Source: a virus
Lineage: Duplodnaviria; Heunggongvirae; Uroviricota; Caudoviricetes
IMG/VR virus record: IMGVR_UViG_3300006131_000005
Length of the DNA stretch: 64,000 nt
Reading direction: 5' to 3' (one strand)
Under the pieces are notes generated by a model. That model did not search any database, was not told the origin of the DNA, and saw nothing but the letters and a program-made list of their open reading frames with translations. Position 1 is the stretch's first letter. Each line of letters opens with the position of its first letter. Below, piece after piece: positions 36,201 through 45,880 of the stretch. The translations under genes and the position numbers were made by a program.

Positions 36201-37401
36201 GGACATCGCCTCCATGCACCCCAGTTCCATCATCGCGGAGGAGCTCTTCGGCCCCGAGTTCACCAAGCGGTTCGAGGAGATCAAGGAAGCCCGTGTCGCC
36301 ATCAAGCACAAGGACTTTGACCGGGCCCGCAAGATGCTGAACGGCGCTTTGGCAAAGTATCTGACCGATGAGAACGCCGCTGCTGATCTGGCTCAGGCTC
36401 TGAAGATTGCCATCAACTCGGTTTACGGCCTTACCTCTGCCAACTTCGAGAACCCCTTCCGAGACAACCGGAACCGGGACAACATCGTCGCCAAACGCGG
36501 AGCCCTGTTCATGGTCAACCTCAAGCACGAGGTCCAGAAACGGGGCTTTACTGTTGCCCACATCAAGACGGACTCCATCAAGATCCCCGATGCTACGCCG
36601 GAGATCATTCAGTTTGTCACCGACTACGGCAAGCTCTACGGTTATATTTTCGAGCATGAAGACACTTATGACCGTATGTGTCTGGTGAACAATGCCGTCT
36701 ACATCGCCAAGTATAAGACCCCTCATATTGACAAAAAAACTGGGAAAGAAATCTGGTGGACGGCCACCGGGACGCAGTTCCAGGTTCCCTATGTGTTCAA
36801 GAAGCTCTTCAGTCATGAGGAGATCACCTTCGAGGACATGTGCGAGACCAAGTCGGTAAAGGATGCTCTATATTTGGATATGAACGAGAAGCTGCCGGAT
36901 GTGTCCGAGTATGAGAAAGAGCATACGACTCTATGGAAGGATATTTGCGATATGACGCTCCCTCATGATGCAGAAATGGAGCGTAAATGTGCAAGAGCCG
37001 AGGAGTTGTCTGATCTCATTGCTCAGGGTCACAACTACGTCTTTATCGGAAAGGTCGGTCAGTTCTGTCCTATGATGGACGGCTTCGGCGGCGGTGTCCT
37101 GCTTCGCCAAACGGATAACAAGAAGACCGGCGAAAAGGGCTATGCCGCTGTGACTGGCACGAAGGGCTACCGCTGGATGGAATCCGAGATGGTCAGACAA
37201 CTGGACAAGCAAGACGGTATCGACCGGAGCTATTATGACGCCATGGTGGACGCGGCTATTCAGGACATTTCCGGTTATGGTGACTTCGAGTGGTTCGTCT
37301 CCGAAGACCCTTACGTCAAGGTCGAGGACGATACCCCACCGTGGGAAAGTCCCGGCGAGCCTTGGCAGTCCGACGACAACATCGCCTTTGATGTGCGCTA
37401 A
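33271..37401 (+). CDS. Multidomain replicase: SF3/D5-like helicase (Walker [10 protein letters not shown]) - primase-polymerase (prim-pol) - 3'-5' exonuclease - family B DNA polymerase
   Basis: P-loop at aa ~185; [15 protein letters not shown] and GIHLHYIY (prim-pol); Exo I FYDVEVFP, Exo II YCDNDV; Pol motif [14 protein letters not shown], motif [11 protein letters not shown], motif [10 protein letters not shown]. Confidence 0.8.
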   Translation: MLDFVTISTRSTKRGVIEIYPKFIVRTSNDLMIRGGDFYAIWVDERGLWSTNEEDALQLIDRELDRYAEEHRHGFDANIHILHLWDAESGMIDAWHKYCQKQMWDSFHMLDEKLIFSNSNAGKKDYASKKLPYPLEPGSTTAYDKLMSTLYEPEERHKIEWAIGSVVCGESKKLQKFMVLYGEAGTGKSTVLNIIQKLFEGYYKTFESKALGSASNVFALEAFRSNPLVAIEHDGKLSRIEDNTRLNSLVSHEEMTVNEKFKSVYTNSFKCFLFIGTNEPVKITDAKSGLIRRLIDVSPSGNKLPAAEYRAIVKQIDFELSAIAYHCQEVYQEDPGYYDDYIPIAMLGASNDFYNFVVDSYPVFKQEDGVSLKAAWEMYKTYNEEAKVTYPLSKRAFKEELKNYFWTYDDRPTLDDGARIRNYYSGFRTEKFEDRLVSITPEEKKPKLIQFDATESIFDRECSDCLAQYASANETPTQKWEKVTTQLSQLDTSRLHYVKLPENHIVIDFDIPDDQGNKSFERNLEEASKWPATYAEVSKSGCGIHLHYIYTGDVLRLSRVYADHIEIKIFTGKSSLRRKLSKSNNLPISTISSGLPLKGESKVVNDKVVQSEKGLRRQIRQNLNKEIHPNTKPSIDFIYKILEDSYNSGLVYDVTDMRNAVLAFAANSSNKSEYCIKLVNRMKFKSDDQSPSAKDDKAKLVFYDVEVFPNLFLVNWKFEGPGASVVRMINPTSKEIEELMKFNLVGFNCRRYDNHILYARLMGYTNEQLYNLSQRIISSEKKARSNNCFFGEAYNVSYTDVYDFCSKKQSLKKWEIELGIHHQELGLPWDQPVPENMWMKVAEYCDNDVIATEAVFNARKADFVAREILADVAGMTVNDTTNTLTARIIFGGNRKPQDVFNYRDMGDVSQIFDPDGDLPFTMGPQEFDRYTAFDKKKRPIFPGYKFENGKSIYRGEEVGEGGYVYAEPGMYGNIALLDIASMHPSSIIAEELFGPEFTKRFEEIKEARVAIKHKDFDRARKMLNGALAKYLTDENAAADLAQALKIAINSVYGLTSANFENPFRDNRNRDNIVAKRGALFMVNLKHEVQKRGFTVAHIKTDSIKIPDATPEIIQFVTDYGKLYGYIFEHEDTYDRMCLVNNAVYIAKYKTPHIDKKTGKEIWWTATGTQFQVPYVFKKLFSHEEITFEDMCETKSVKDALYLDMNEKLPDVSEYEKEHTTLWKDICDMTLPHDAEMERKCARAEELSDLIAQGHNYVFIGKVGQFCPMMDGFGGGVLLRQTDNKKTGEKGYAAVTGTKGYRWMESEMVRQLDKQDGIDRSYYDAMVDAAIQDISGYGDFEWFVSEDPYVKVEDDTPPWESPGEPWQSDDNIAFDVR

Positions 37402-37429
37402 AACTACACACTCTGTTGTGGAAGGAGAG

Positions 37430-37460
37430 GATGCCTGTAACAGGGCGTCTTCTCTTTTAT
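37430..37460 (+). terminator. Hairpin terminator + T-run after replicase
   Basis: GCCTGTAACAGGGC stem followed by TCTTCTCTTTTATATTTTT. Confidence 0.45.
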
Positions 37461-37484
37461 ATTTTTGAAAAGGAGACTTTATCA

Positions 37485-37964
37485 ATGGCTTATCAGAATG
37501 TTGACAACATCGTGATCGAAAATGCCCGCCTTCTCTTCCGGAACTTCGCCGGTAACGAGAGCAAGTACAACCGCGCCGGACAGCGCAACTTCTGCGTCTT
37601 CATCGACGATCCCGACGAGGCTCAGAAGCTGATCAATGACGGTTGGAATGTTCGCATCCTGGCTCCCCGCGAGGATGACGAGACGGCTCGCTACTATCTC
37701 CAGGTGGCTGTCAGTTTCCAGAACATCCCGCCCGTAATCCATATGATGACCCGGCGGAACCGGCGCGGGACTGAGCTGGATGAGGAGTCCGTCGGCACCC
37801 TTGACTATGCGGAGATCCGCAACGTGGATTTAACGATCCGTCCCTACTCCTGGGAGGTCAACGGCAAAACCGGCGTCAAAGCCTACCTCAAGTCCATGTG
37901 GGTCACTATTGAGGAAGACGAGTTCGCGGCCAAGTATGCCGCTGAAGAGGGCCCGGAGGAGTAA
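37485..37964 (+). CDS. Hypothetical protein, possible ssDNA-binding/OB-fold protein (weak)
   Basis: ATG after GAAAAGGAGACTTTATCA; position after replicase; no decisive motif. Confidence 0.3.
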   Translation: MAYQNVDNIVIENARLLFRNFAGNESKYNRAGQRNFCVFIDDPDEAQKLINDGWNVRILAPREDDETARYYLQVAVSFQNIPPVIHMMTRRNRRGTELDEESVGTLDYAEIRNVDLTIRPYSWEVNGKTGVKAYLKSMWVTIEEDEFAAKYAAEEGPEE

Positions 37965-38057
37965 TCCGGTTGGCGTTTTCTATGACGGTCCATTCATGCC
38001 TGGGGCTCTGGTTCGTTGATAGCCAGCGCTCCGCCGTGTTTGAAAGGGGTATGTGCC

Positions 38058-39047
38058 ATGAAACCGTTTTGGAGCAAACCGAACAAGAAGAGTAAGTCAA
38101 GTGTACGGACGAAGCCCAAACCGAAAGCACCGCCCACCCCCAAGCCAAAACCCGAGCCATGGAAACCGCCAAATCCTCCAAAATTACCGCCAAGACCAGC
38201 ACCGACGTATACACTACCGCCACCGTCAAAAGTCATGAAGCCGGACATTCAACCGCCCATTCAAAAGTCGGAGCCTCAGAAGGTAGTCAGAAAGTCTCGA
38301 ATGGCTCAAAAAGAATTTCTGAAAACTTTCCACAGCCTTACTATTCGACGGAGAGATTGGGATATTTGGACTGACTTTGTGACTATGGCGGCGTGCAGCA
38401 TTTCTAATGCGGTGGATAAATTCCATTTCGACGAGCGGGAGAAAACCTATCTGCGTATCGTCAACAAGTACGACAAAGAGGAGCGGCAACTTTTCCCTCA
38501 ACTCCTCGCCTACACTGTGTTGGCTCTTGAGGAAAACCCAGAGCAAGATTTTCTCGGTGATATTTACACCGAACTTGGACTCAACAGCAAAGAGCACAAA
38601 CAGATATTTACGCCCTACCATATCTGTCACATGATGGCTGAGATTACATTCGGCGATCTTGTGACACAGGTAGAAGAAAAGGGGTATGTCGAAATCAATG
38701 ACTGCTGCTGTGGAGCGGGAGCAACGTTGATTGCCGCTGCGAATGTGGCGAAGTACAAATTGGAAAAGGCCGGTCTCAACTTCCAGAATCATATTTTGAT
38801 CAGTGGCCAGGACATCGACTACCTCGTTACTATGATGTGTTACATCCAGCTTTCCCTTCTCGGTGTGGCCGGATATTTCAAAGTCGGCAACGCTCTTACG
38901 GAGCCTATGATAACCGGCGACAGTCTTGCGAATTACTGGTTCACACCGATGTATTTCTCCAATGTATGGCACTACCGGAGGGTATTCCGGCAACTCGATT
39001 CCCTGATGAAAGGAGACCCTGATGGCGAACAGCAAAGAAATCCATAA
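38058..39047 (+). CDS. HsdM-like N6-adenine methyltransferase domain protein with degenerate catalytic motif (NPPF replaced by NYWF) and Pro/Lys-rich N-terminus
   Basis: Motif X QIFTPYHICHMM, motif I EINDCCCGAGATLIAAA, ISGQDIDYLVTMMCYIQLSLLG (cf. YGQEINPTTYAIARMNMLLHG), then GDSLANYWFTP where DVVLANPPF expected; no HsdS/HsdR nearby. Confidence 0.5.
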   Translation: MKPFWSKPNKKSKSSVRTKPKPKAPPTPKPKPEPWKPPNPPKLPPRPAPTYTLPPPSKVMKPDIQPPIQKSEPQKVVRKSRMAQKEFLKTFHSLTIRRRDWDIWTDFVTMAACSISNAVDKFHFDEREKTYLRIVNKYDKEERQLFPQLLAYTVLALEENPEQDFLGDIYTELGLNSKEHKQIFTPYHICHMMAEITFGDLVTQVEEKGYVEINDCCCGAGATLIAAANVAKYKLEKAGLNFQNHILISGQDIDYLVTMMCYIQLSLLGVAGYFKVGNALTEPMITGDSLANYWFTPMYFSNVWHYRRVFRQLDSLMKGDPDGEQQRNP

Positions 39048-39210
39048 CTTTTGCGAGCGATTGGAAGCGGTCTGGTCTAATGTTCCCGATCTCCGCTTTG
39101 GGCAAATCATGTCCATTGTCTGGAAAAGGGCACGGCAGATGGGCCGCGATCCATTCTGCATGACCAATGATGAGCTGATTCGGCTCTATGAAGATTTCGA
39201 CAGGTGGTAA
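39022..39210 (+). CDS. Hypothetical small protein (overlaps end of previous gene)
   Basis: ORF only. Confidence 0.25.
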   Translation: MANSKEIHNFCERLEAVWSNVPDLRFGQIMSIVWKRARQMGRDPFCMTNDELIRLYEDFDRW

Positions 39211-39277
39211 CACCGCAACGTCTGTTCACATTTTGAAAGGAGAAAAAGTAACTATGAAAACTAACCATATGCCTTCC

Positions 39278-39683
39278 CTTGAGGTTATCGAGAAGGTGGT
39301 TGAAGGACGAGGACTGGCGTGTCCGGGCTGCGGCCATGAACGCCTGCAAAGCAAACAACATCCCGGTTCCGGTTATTCGGACGATCGAGCCGCCCGAGTT
39401 GGTCTACAAGAAGTGCATCGGCGGCATCATCGTCGTTGCCTCCATTCCCAAGGATGCGCAGGTTCGTGGCAGTGTTGGCCACAAGTGCCGGGCCAGCAAG
39501 GCCGTCATCAAGGAGATCATCGGCGATCTCTGCGGAGAGCAGGTCGGTATTTCCAAGTATGATCTGAGAACCCTCTACTATGCCGGCGATGAAGTTGAGA
39601 TCGACAACTTCGACTTCAGCAACGAGGAGTGCTCCACCGGCTTCCACTTCTTCTGCACAATCGAAGAGGCCAGACGCTACTAA
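39278..39683 (+). CDS. Hypothetical protein (start ambiguous; strong RBS+ATG at 39254 lies in a different frame)
   Basis: 134-codon ORF with protein-like composition; possible +1 frameshift from 39254 frame. Confidence 0.35.
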
Positions 39684-40053
39684 GCACTGGGAGGCGGAGT
39701 TTCATTTTACGCTCGATCCCTGCGCAACCCCGGAAACGGCAAAATGCGCCAAATTTTACACCGAAGAGGATAACGGGCTTGTCCAAGACTGGACTGGAGA
39801 AACGGTGTTCTGCAACTCTCCTTATTCTGATCAGCAGCAAACCAAGTGGGTCAGAAAATGCTATGAGCATGGCCTTCGGGGGAGGGTAGCAGTCATGCTG
39901 ATACCGGCCAGAACCGACACAAAACGCTTTCACGATTATATTTACGGGAAGGCGGAGGTGCGGTTCATCAAAGGCCGGCTCAAGTTTGGAGGCTGTGAAA
40001 ACTCCGCTCCCTTTCCGTCCATGGTTGTTGTCTTCGGAAAAAGAACCCAATGA
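39580..40053 (+). CDS. dam: Phage Dam-family (PF05869-like) DNA N6-adenine methyltransferase
   Basis: EAEFHFTLDPCA, DNGLVQDWTGETVFCNSPYS (NPPY variant NSPY), VMLIPARTDTKRFHDYIY, AEVRFIKGRLKFGG..APFPSMVVVF; start overlaps upstream gene by ~100 nt so true start uncertain. Confidence 0.6.
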   Translation: MPAMKLRSTTSTSATRSAPPASTSSAQSKRPDATKHWEAEFHFTLDPCATPETAKCAKFYTEEDNGLVQDWTGETVFCNSPYSDQQQTKWVRKCYEHGLRGRVAVMLIPARTDTKRFHDYIYGKAEVRFIKGRLKFGGCENSAPFPSMVVVFGKRTQ

Positions 40054-40069
40054 AAGGAGGACGCGCCCC

Positions 40070-41632
40070 ATGGGAGGCATAAGTCTCTATGACTATCAAC
40101 TCGACGCCATCAATCGGATGAAAAACGGATGTATCCTGTGCGGTGGCGTCGGCAGCGGTAAGTCGCGCACATCCCTTGCGTACTATTACAAGCAGCAGGG
40201 CGGTAATCTGTTTGATACAAGTCATAGGCCAATGCAAAACCCAAAGGGTCTTTACATCATTACCACCGCCCGGAAACGGGATACCCTTGAGTGGGAGGGG
40301 GAGCTGGCTCCGTTCCTCCTCTCCACTCACCCGGAAGCTAACTATTACAAAAACACGGTTGTGGTGGACTCTTGGAACAATATCGCCAAGTATACGGATG
40401 TGAGAGACGCATTCTTTATATTTGACGAGCAGCGGGTCATCGGCTATGGAGCCTGGACCAAGGCGTTCCTGAAAATTGCCAAGGCGAACAACTGGATACT
40501 GCTCTCGGCAACGCCGGGCGACACTTGGCAGGATTATATTCCCGTCTTTATTGCCAATGGCTTCTACCGAAACAAAACTCAGTTCGTCGATAACCATATC
40601 ATCTGGGATCGCTACGCGAAATTTCCCAAGATTGACAGCTATCGCAACACAGGCCGCCTGATTCGGCTGCGGGACAGCATTCTGGTGACCATGGACTTCG
40701 AGCGAAAAACTGTTGCCCACCATGAGGATGTACCAGTGTCGTATGATATTTCCAAGTACAAGAACATCATGCGGAAACGCTGGAACCCCTGGGAAGACCG
40801 GCCAATCGAGACTGCGGCGGAGCTGTGTATGGCTCTTCGCCGGATTGTCAACTCAGATGAGTCCAGAGCGGTTGCCACGCTGGAGATTTTGGAAGACCAC
40901 CCCAAGGCCATCATCTTCTACAGCCACAATTATGAACTGGATATTTTGAGATCGCTCGGGTATCAGGAGGGAACTGAGATTGCGGAGTGGAATGGCCACA
41001 AGCACCAGGAAATTCCCACCGGGGACAAATGGGTGTACCTCGTCCAGTATACGGCTGGCTGCGAAGGCTGGAACTGCATTACCACAGACACCATTATATT
41101 TTTCTCTCAGCAGTATTCCTACAAGGTCGCAACTCAGGCGGCTGGGCGAATCGACCGGCTCACTACGCCTTATACCGACCTCTGGTATTACCATCTCAAG
41201 AGTTTTTCCGGTATCGACCTGGCCATTGCGAAAGCGCTCAAGGCGAAGAAGAATTTCAACGAGGGCAAGTTTATTGGCTGGTCTACGAAGCCGATGGAGG
41301 TGAGGAAAATCGCTGCGCAGAAGGAGGACAAAATTGCCGAGCTGATTAACCGGCGGAGGAGACAACTTCTCGTTCACAGCATTATCTACTACAAAATGGA
41401 CGAGAACATCATTTCTGACGCTACCTGGTCAAAGTGGGGACAGGAATTGGAAGAACTCCAAGCGAAGTACCCTGAAATCGCCGCCAAGCAGCCCTACGCG
41501 AAAGAGTTCGAGGGATTTGACCATTCCACCGGTATGTCGCTTCCTCTGAACGATCCCCGGGCCGTCAACAAGGCTCGGCAACTGCTTCAGCAGAAAGAAA
41601 ACGGGCGGTTCGATAACTTCAACGCCGCTTGA
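40070..41632 (+). CDS. Superfamily-2 (SNF2/DEAD-like) helicase
   Basis: YDYQLDAINRM.., Walker A GGVGSGKS, motif II FFIFDEQ, motif III LLSATPG, motif VI QAAGRIDR. Confidence 0.7.
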   Translation: MGGISLYDYQLDAINRMKNGCILCGGVGSGKSRTSLAYYYKQQGGNLFDTSHRPMQNPKGLYIITTARKRDTLEWEGELAPFLLSTHPEANYYKNTVVVDSWNNIAKYTDVRDAFFIFDEQRVIGYGAWTKAFLKIAKANNWILLSATPGDTWQDYIPVFIANGFYRNKTQFVDNHIIWDRYAKFPKIDSYRNTGRLIRLRDSILVTMDFERKTVAHHEDVPVSYDISKYKNIMRKRWNPWEDRPIETAAELCMALRRIVNSDESRAVATLEILEDHPKAIIFYSHNYELDILRSLGYQEGTEIAEWNGHKHQEIPTGDKWVYLVQYTAGCEGWNCITTDTIIFFSQQYSYKVATQAAGRIDRLTTPYTDLWYYHLKSFSGIDLAIAKALKAKKNFNEGKFIGWSTKPMEVRKIAAQKEDKIAELINRRRRQLLVHSIIYYKMDENIISDATWSKWGQELEELQAKYPEIAAKQPYAKEFEGFDHSTGMSLPLNDPRAVNKARQLLQQKENGRFDNFNAA

Positions 41633-41647
41633 AAGGAGAAAACATGA

Positions 41648-42263
41648 ATGGAACCTCTATTTGCGGATGAAAAAAGGCGAATGTATGAGTTCAAAACTCT
41701 GATGGAGCCGGTACTTCATCTTAGCCCGTACTGTCTCACAGAAAGCTTGTGCGATGATGGCTTCTTCACAGCGCCGGCAAGCAGAAAGTATCATGGTAAC
41801 TATGAGGGTGGACTGTTTGACCACTCTTTTCATGTGACCAATACGCTGCTCGGGCTCACGGAAGACTGCGGCCTGTTCTGGCAGCGAAAAGAATCTCCGT
41901 ATATCGTCGGAATGTTCCATGATTTATGCAAGTCCGATCTGTATCGGCATCCGGAAGTTGTCCAGCCCATGCGTGTTGATGGACAGGAGCTCCGTACTGT
42001 CGATGTGACCCAATGGGAACACAATCCCGAAGTCCTGCTTGAAGGGCGCGGCGATAAATCCGTGATGCTGTTATCCTGATATTTTCAGCTCACATTGGAA
42101 GAGATTATGTGCATCCGGTATCACATGGGTGCATTTGTGGACCGAAGCGAATGGAATAACTATACTCAGGCCATTCACGCGTTCCCTAATGTCCTTTGGA
42201 TACACCATGCCGACATGATCGCCAGCCATATTTTAGAGGTTGACCACGAACCTAAAAGAATTT
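41648..42263 (+). pseudogene. HD-domain phosphohydrolase interrupted by in-frame TGA at ~42077-42079 (pseudogene, sequencing error or readthrough)
   Basis: N-part YHGNYEGGLFDHSFHV...MFHDLCKSDLY (H..HD); same frame continues after TGA with ..LTLEEIMCIRYHMGAFVDRSEW...WIHHADMIASHILE typical HD C-terminal helices. Confidence 0.5.
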
Positions 42264-42294
42264 GACTGAGCAATAGTTTGGAAAGGAGATCTAA

Positions 42295-42762
42295 ATGAGC
42301 CGTTGGACTTATGTAACAGGTGTCATTGAAGTGGACACCTGTGCCAGAAGTGACGCCGAGGCCATGTATCTCGCTCAGACTGTCGTTGGCCATTTGCCCG
42401 GTATCACTGGTTCGGAGCGAGATGTGGAATTTCACTTCCTTCGACCGAACGGATATTGCTCGTCATCCAACGTTGATGAATTTGGGAAATTGAGCAATCT
42501 GTATGACGATAAGCAATTTCGTATGTTCACTACGCAGGAAAGAGTTTTGATCGTCATGCATGGTAGACTCCGGGATCGGATGTTTGAGCAAACGCTGCGC
42601 GAAACCACAAAAATACTGGCGAGACTTTCTTCCAGGCTTTTAGTGACGAGTTGCTCTGTCAGAGTCAAATCCGACAGGGGTGAGACATTCCTATTTGATG
42701 ATCCGGAGTGGATTTGTAATCGTGAAATCACGGAATGGACTCGCTACCTGCTCTGGTTGTAA
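42295..42762 (+). CDS. Hypothetical protein
   Basis: ATG after GAAAGGAGATCTAA. Confidence 0.45.
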   Translation: MSRWTYVTGVIEVDTCARSDAEAMYLAQTVVGHLPGITGSERDVEFHFLRPNGYCSSSNVDEFGKLSNLYDDKQFRMFTTQERVLIVMHGRLRDRMFEQTLRETTKILARLSSRLLVTSCSVRVKSDRGETFLFDDPEWICNREITEWTRYLLWL

Positions 42763-42810
42763 CTCAATAGGATGCGTGAGAAACTCAACTCCAAATAGAA
42801 AGGAAATACC

Positions 42811-43254
42811 ATGATCAAATATTGTCTTGATTGCTGGAACAAAAATCAGCAGTCACTTCGTGAGCAATTGGAAAAGGATGCCTCGTTGAATTCGTGCGAG
42901 TATGAGTATCTTGTCAAGCTTGTCACAAGGTATATTCTCGGTAAGGAGTGGGATGCCGAGAATATCATCGTTGTTGATAATGGTGACTATCAAGGAACGC
43001 TGCTGTTCTTGATTCCGCGTGATACTTACCAGCCGTCCGAGGATGAGTACCTCATGACTTATGTCGGTTATGGATCTTGCTCTGGGTGCGATACGCTTCA
43101 GGCGATTCAGGAATGTGGTGAGAACATTCCCACTCCGGAGCAGTTGAAGGACTTCATGTCCCTTTGTAAGGATTTGGTCACTAACATGATCAAACCGTAT
43201 AACACGGGCTGGAGAGCAACCTCTGATTTTGAACCTGTTGTCATGGAGGAATGA
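42811..43254 (+). CDS. Hypothetical Cys-containing protein
   Basis: ATG after GAAAGGAAATACC. Confidence 0.45.
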   Translation: MIKYCLDCWNKNQQSLREQLEKDASLNSCEYEYLVKLVTRYILGKEWDAENIIVVDNGDYQGTLLFLIPRDTYQPSEDEYLMTYVGYGSCSGCDTLQAIQECGENIPTPEQLKDFMSLCKDLVTNMIKPYNTGWRATSDFEPVVMEE

Positions 43255-43260
43255 GGAACT

Positions 43261-43641
43261 ATGGACTTTCACACCGAATATTTAGGAAAGCCCTTTGTCC
43301 CGACATGGATTTACGGAGATGTGGACCCGCACAACGAAGAGTTTAATCAGACAATTCAAGCCGTAGAACGTGCGCTCGGTTTCAAACTCTTCGTATGGCA
43401 GAAAGCTTTCATCAACCGTGGAGAGTTTCGGCAGATGGGCGCGACTACGGCGAAAATTCTTCGTGAATTGCTGAATGTCTCTGGCGAGCCCATCGACTAC
43501 AGTCGCCCGTCGGCAAGTAAGCGGGATCAGTTTTACCGGGAAGAGCTTCGTCGTATCAAGTGCAAGCTGGATGAGGCCGGAATCCCGACGAGGCTCGTTT
43601 GGTTCTCGGAACGGGATAAGCACTATTGGCTGCATCGCTGA
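43261..43641 (+). CDS. Hypothetical protein
   Basis: ATG after GGAGGAATGAGGAACT. Confidence 0.45.
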   Translation: MDFHTEYLGKPFVPTWIYGDVDPHNEEFNQTIQAVERALGFKLFVWQKAFINRGEFRQMGATTAKILRELLNVSGEPIDYSRPSASKRDQFYREELRRIKCKLDEAGIPTRLVWFSERDKHYWLHR

Positions 43642-43671
43642 CTATCAACTATAAAAAGGAGAAACAACCTA

Positions 43672-44720
43672 TGGAACTGAAAAAATTCTGCACCGACCAC
43701 AACATCCCCCTAGAGGAGCTCGGCCCCATCGGCGAGGTGAGCGATGGCTTTCACACTTTCGACTCTCTCTACCACCAGAGGCTGATCCTCTTCGCCGCCC
43801 TGGTCAGTGCCTTTCCGAATAAAGCGTGGAAATCCCACAAGCACAGCGACGGCGAGGCTCCCTTCGGCGGAGGCTGGTTTATCGTCGGTATTCAGACACC
43901 GGAAGGCCAGTACACCTATCACTACGAGGACAAGGATTGGAATATTTTCCAGTGTCCGGAAGTGGAGAAGGCTCCCGAGTGGGATGGTCACACCGATAAG
44001 GACGTCACGCGGCTCCTCTCCCTGTTCAAGCCTGAGCCGGGCACACAGTCCGACTGGGCCGAGCGGGAGGTCGCGCTTGCTATCGCCGCTGAAAAAAAGA
44101 TGGCGGAGGGTACGAATGACTGGGCCTATGGTGCAGCTTGCTATGGGAGCGCTCTGCGGGCCCACCAGTCTCTTTCCCGCGACGGTCACTCCGGCTACAG
44201 CATCCAGATCACCAAGGGTATCCTGAACCGGCTGATTGACGGGAAGTGCCTGACGCCCATCGAGGACACGCCGGATATTTGGACGGACATCTCGGAGTCC
44301 TTCTCCAAGGACGATAAACGCAAGCATTACCAGTGCAACCGCATGTCCTCTCTATTCAAAGAGGTGGCCGAGGACGGCACCGTGACCTTCAGCGACGGGA
44401 ATCGGGTCTATTGCGTCAATGCCAATGATCCCGACAACACCTATACGAACGGCTTCGCTACCAATCTGGTCAATAAGATATTTCCCATCCGGATGCCCTA
44501 TTTCCCGGCCAGTAAGAAGTTCCGGGTCGTTGTGGATGAGTTCCTCTTTGATCCAAAGAACGGCGACTTCGACACGATCGGTTATCTCTGCATCATGACT
44601 CCGGATGGAAAGAAGGTTGAACTGAACCGCTACTTCAAGGAAGAGGGCGGAAAGCTGGTGCCCATTGAGAAGACCGAGTTCGATGAGCGGAAAGCGAAGA
44701 AGGTGAAGATAAATGGCTGA
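43672..44720 (+). CDS. Hypothetical protein (349 aa)
   Basis: ATG after AAAAAGGAGAAACAACCT. Confidence 0.5.
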
Positions 44721-45360
44721 CATCCGGCTCATTACCAAGAATACCAATCTGTCGCATCCTTCGAAGCCCTATGACTGGGACGTCTTGATTGATGGGCGTC
44801 CTTATTTTGTTGTCCGGATGGAGGGATATGTTCACAGCATCGGCGGACGCTGGGGCAATAATGACCTCTGGGCTTACCCGCGCGATGAGGCTCCGTCTTA
44901 TGAAAATCTCATTGAGTTCAGCGCCGACCAGCCTGTTGCGTGGGGCCTTCAGTACGAGCCCAATAACTATACCAAAACAAAGTGGGACGAAACGGAGGCT
45001 CGCAGTGGCGGAGGTGTTACCATTACTCGTAATGGGAGACCGTTCTGCCATATCGCTGGTGGCCTGAATTATGGGATTGACAAGGCCCGGACGATGATCA
45101 CGGAGTTCTCTGAGCATCCGCTGGAGCTCAACGCAATCGACTTTGACCATAAGGCGGTTGGGCGTAAAGTCTGGTGGAGAGGCGAGCCCGCCATCGTCGA
45201 GTCCTTCATTAGCGGACAGGCTTGTGTCATCCTGAAGCCGGACGGCATCCCGCGGTTTACGGTTCCACCGGAGTTTGCGGAGGAAGAACCGGACTATTAT
45301 GAGGATGAAACGGTAAAGACGGATATCCTCGACCGCCATATCTGGTGGTTCAGAGACTGA
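44713..45360 (+). CDS. Hypothetical protein
   Basis: ATG overlapping previous stop (ATGGCTGA). Confidence 0.5.
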   Translation: MADIRLITKNTNLSHPSKPYDWDVLIDGRPYFVVRMEGYVHSIGGRWGNNDLWAYPRDEAPSYENLIEFSADQPVAWGLQYEPNNYTKTKWDETEARSGGGVTITRNGRPFCHIAGGLNYGIDKARTMITEFSEHPLELNAIDFDHKAVGRKVWWRGEPAIVESFISGQACVILKPDGIPRFTVPPEFAEEEPDYYEDETVKTDILDRHIWWFRD

Positions 45361-45370
45361 GCATTCGGCA

Positions 45371-45402
45371 GCACGCAGAAATCACATTTCCTTCTATGGA
45401 GA
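45371..45402 (+). promoter_or_regulatory. Conserved intergenic motif copy (GCACGCAGAAATCACATTTCCTTCTATGGAG)
   Basis: Family motif. Confidence 0.4.
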
Positions 45403-45490
45403 AGAGTAAGAGACCGAAAGGCACTGAGGAAACTTGGCACCTTCAGCTTTTACTCATTCTCTGAATTTTATATTTGAAGGAGGAGCACCA

Positions 45491-45880
45491 ATGGAACAGC
45501 GTACCTGTAACATTATAATGTGCTGCAAGGGTCATTGCAAGTTGCCCGATGCAGGCGAGGCCTCAATGGAGGCTATTGCGGCCTATATGAGTAAAGAGTG
45601 CCTTTGCCCAAAAGAAGATTACAAAGGCTCCCTGATGGAATCTATTTTGCGAGAGGCGTTATTTGACTACATCGCAAATGCGGACAAACCCGATTTCGAG
45701 TTGCGTCAACTGCTTCAGCAGTACATTTCGCGCGAACCTACTCTGTCGGAACGCATCTGCACTATGTTTCAGCTTACCAGGGTTCGCAACGATGATGGAA
45801 GCTATGCGAATGGTTTTTCCGAACAGCTTCTTGTTCAAAGCGAAATAGATATTGGAAAGGAGGCAGCCAATGAGAGCTAA
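45491..45880 (+). CDS. Hypothetical protein with N-terminal Cys cluster
   Basis: ATG after GAAGGAGGAGCACCA. Confidence 0.4.
   Translation: MEQRTCNIIMCCKGHCKLPDAGEASMEAIAAYMSKECLCPKEDYKGSLMESILREALFDYIANADKPDFELRQLLQQYISREPTLSERICTMFQLTRVRNDDGSYANGFSEQLLVQSEIDIGKEAANES

Noticed and set aside
33514-36816. Antisense ORFs of 465 and 587 aa within the replicase gene
   Set aside because: The opposite strand carries unmistakable helicase, prim-pol and PolB motifs. The antisense frames have low-complexity, stop-poor composition.
38226-40723. Antisense ORFs (313 and 247 aa) opposite the HsdM-like and helicase genes
   Set aside because: Sense strand has recognisable motifs. There are no RBSs on the minus strand.
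42077-42079. Selenocysteine insertion at the in-frame TGA of the HD hydrolase
   Set aside because: No SECIS-like hairpin immediately downstream and no selenoprotein context. Nonsense mutation or sequencing error is more parsimonious.
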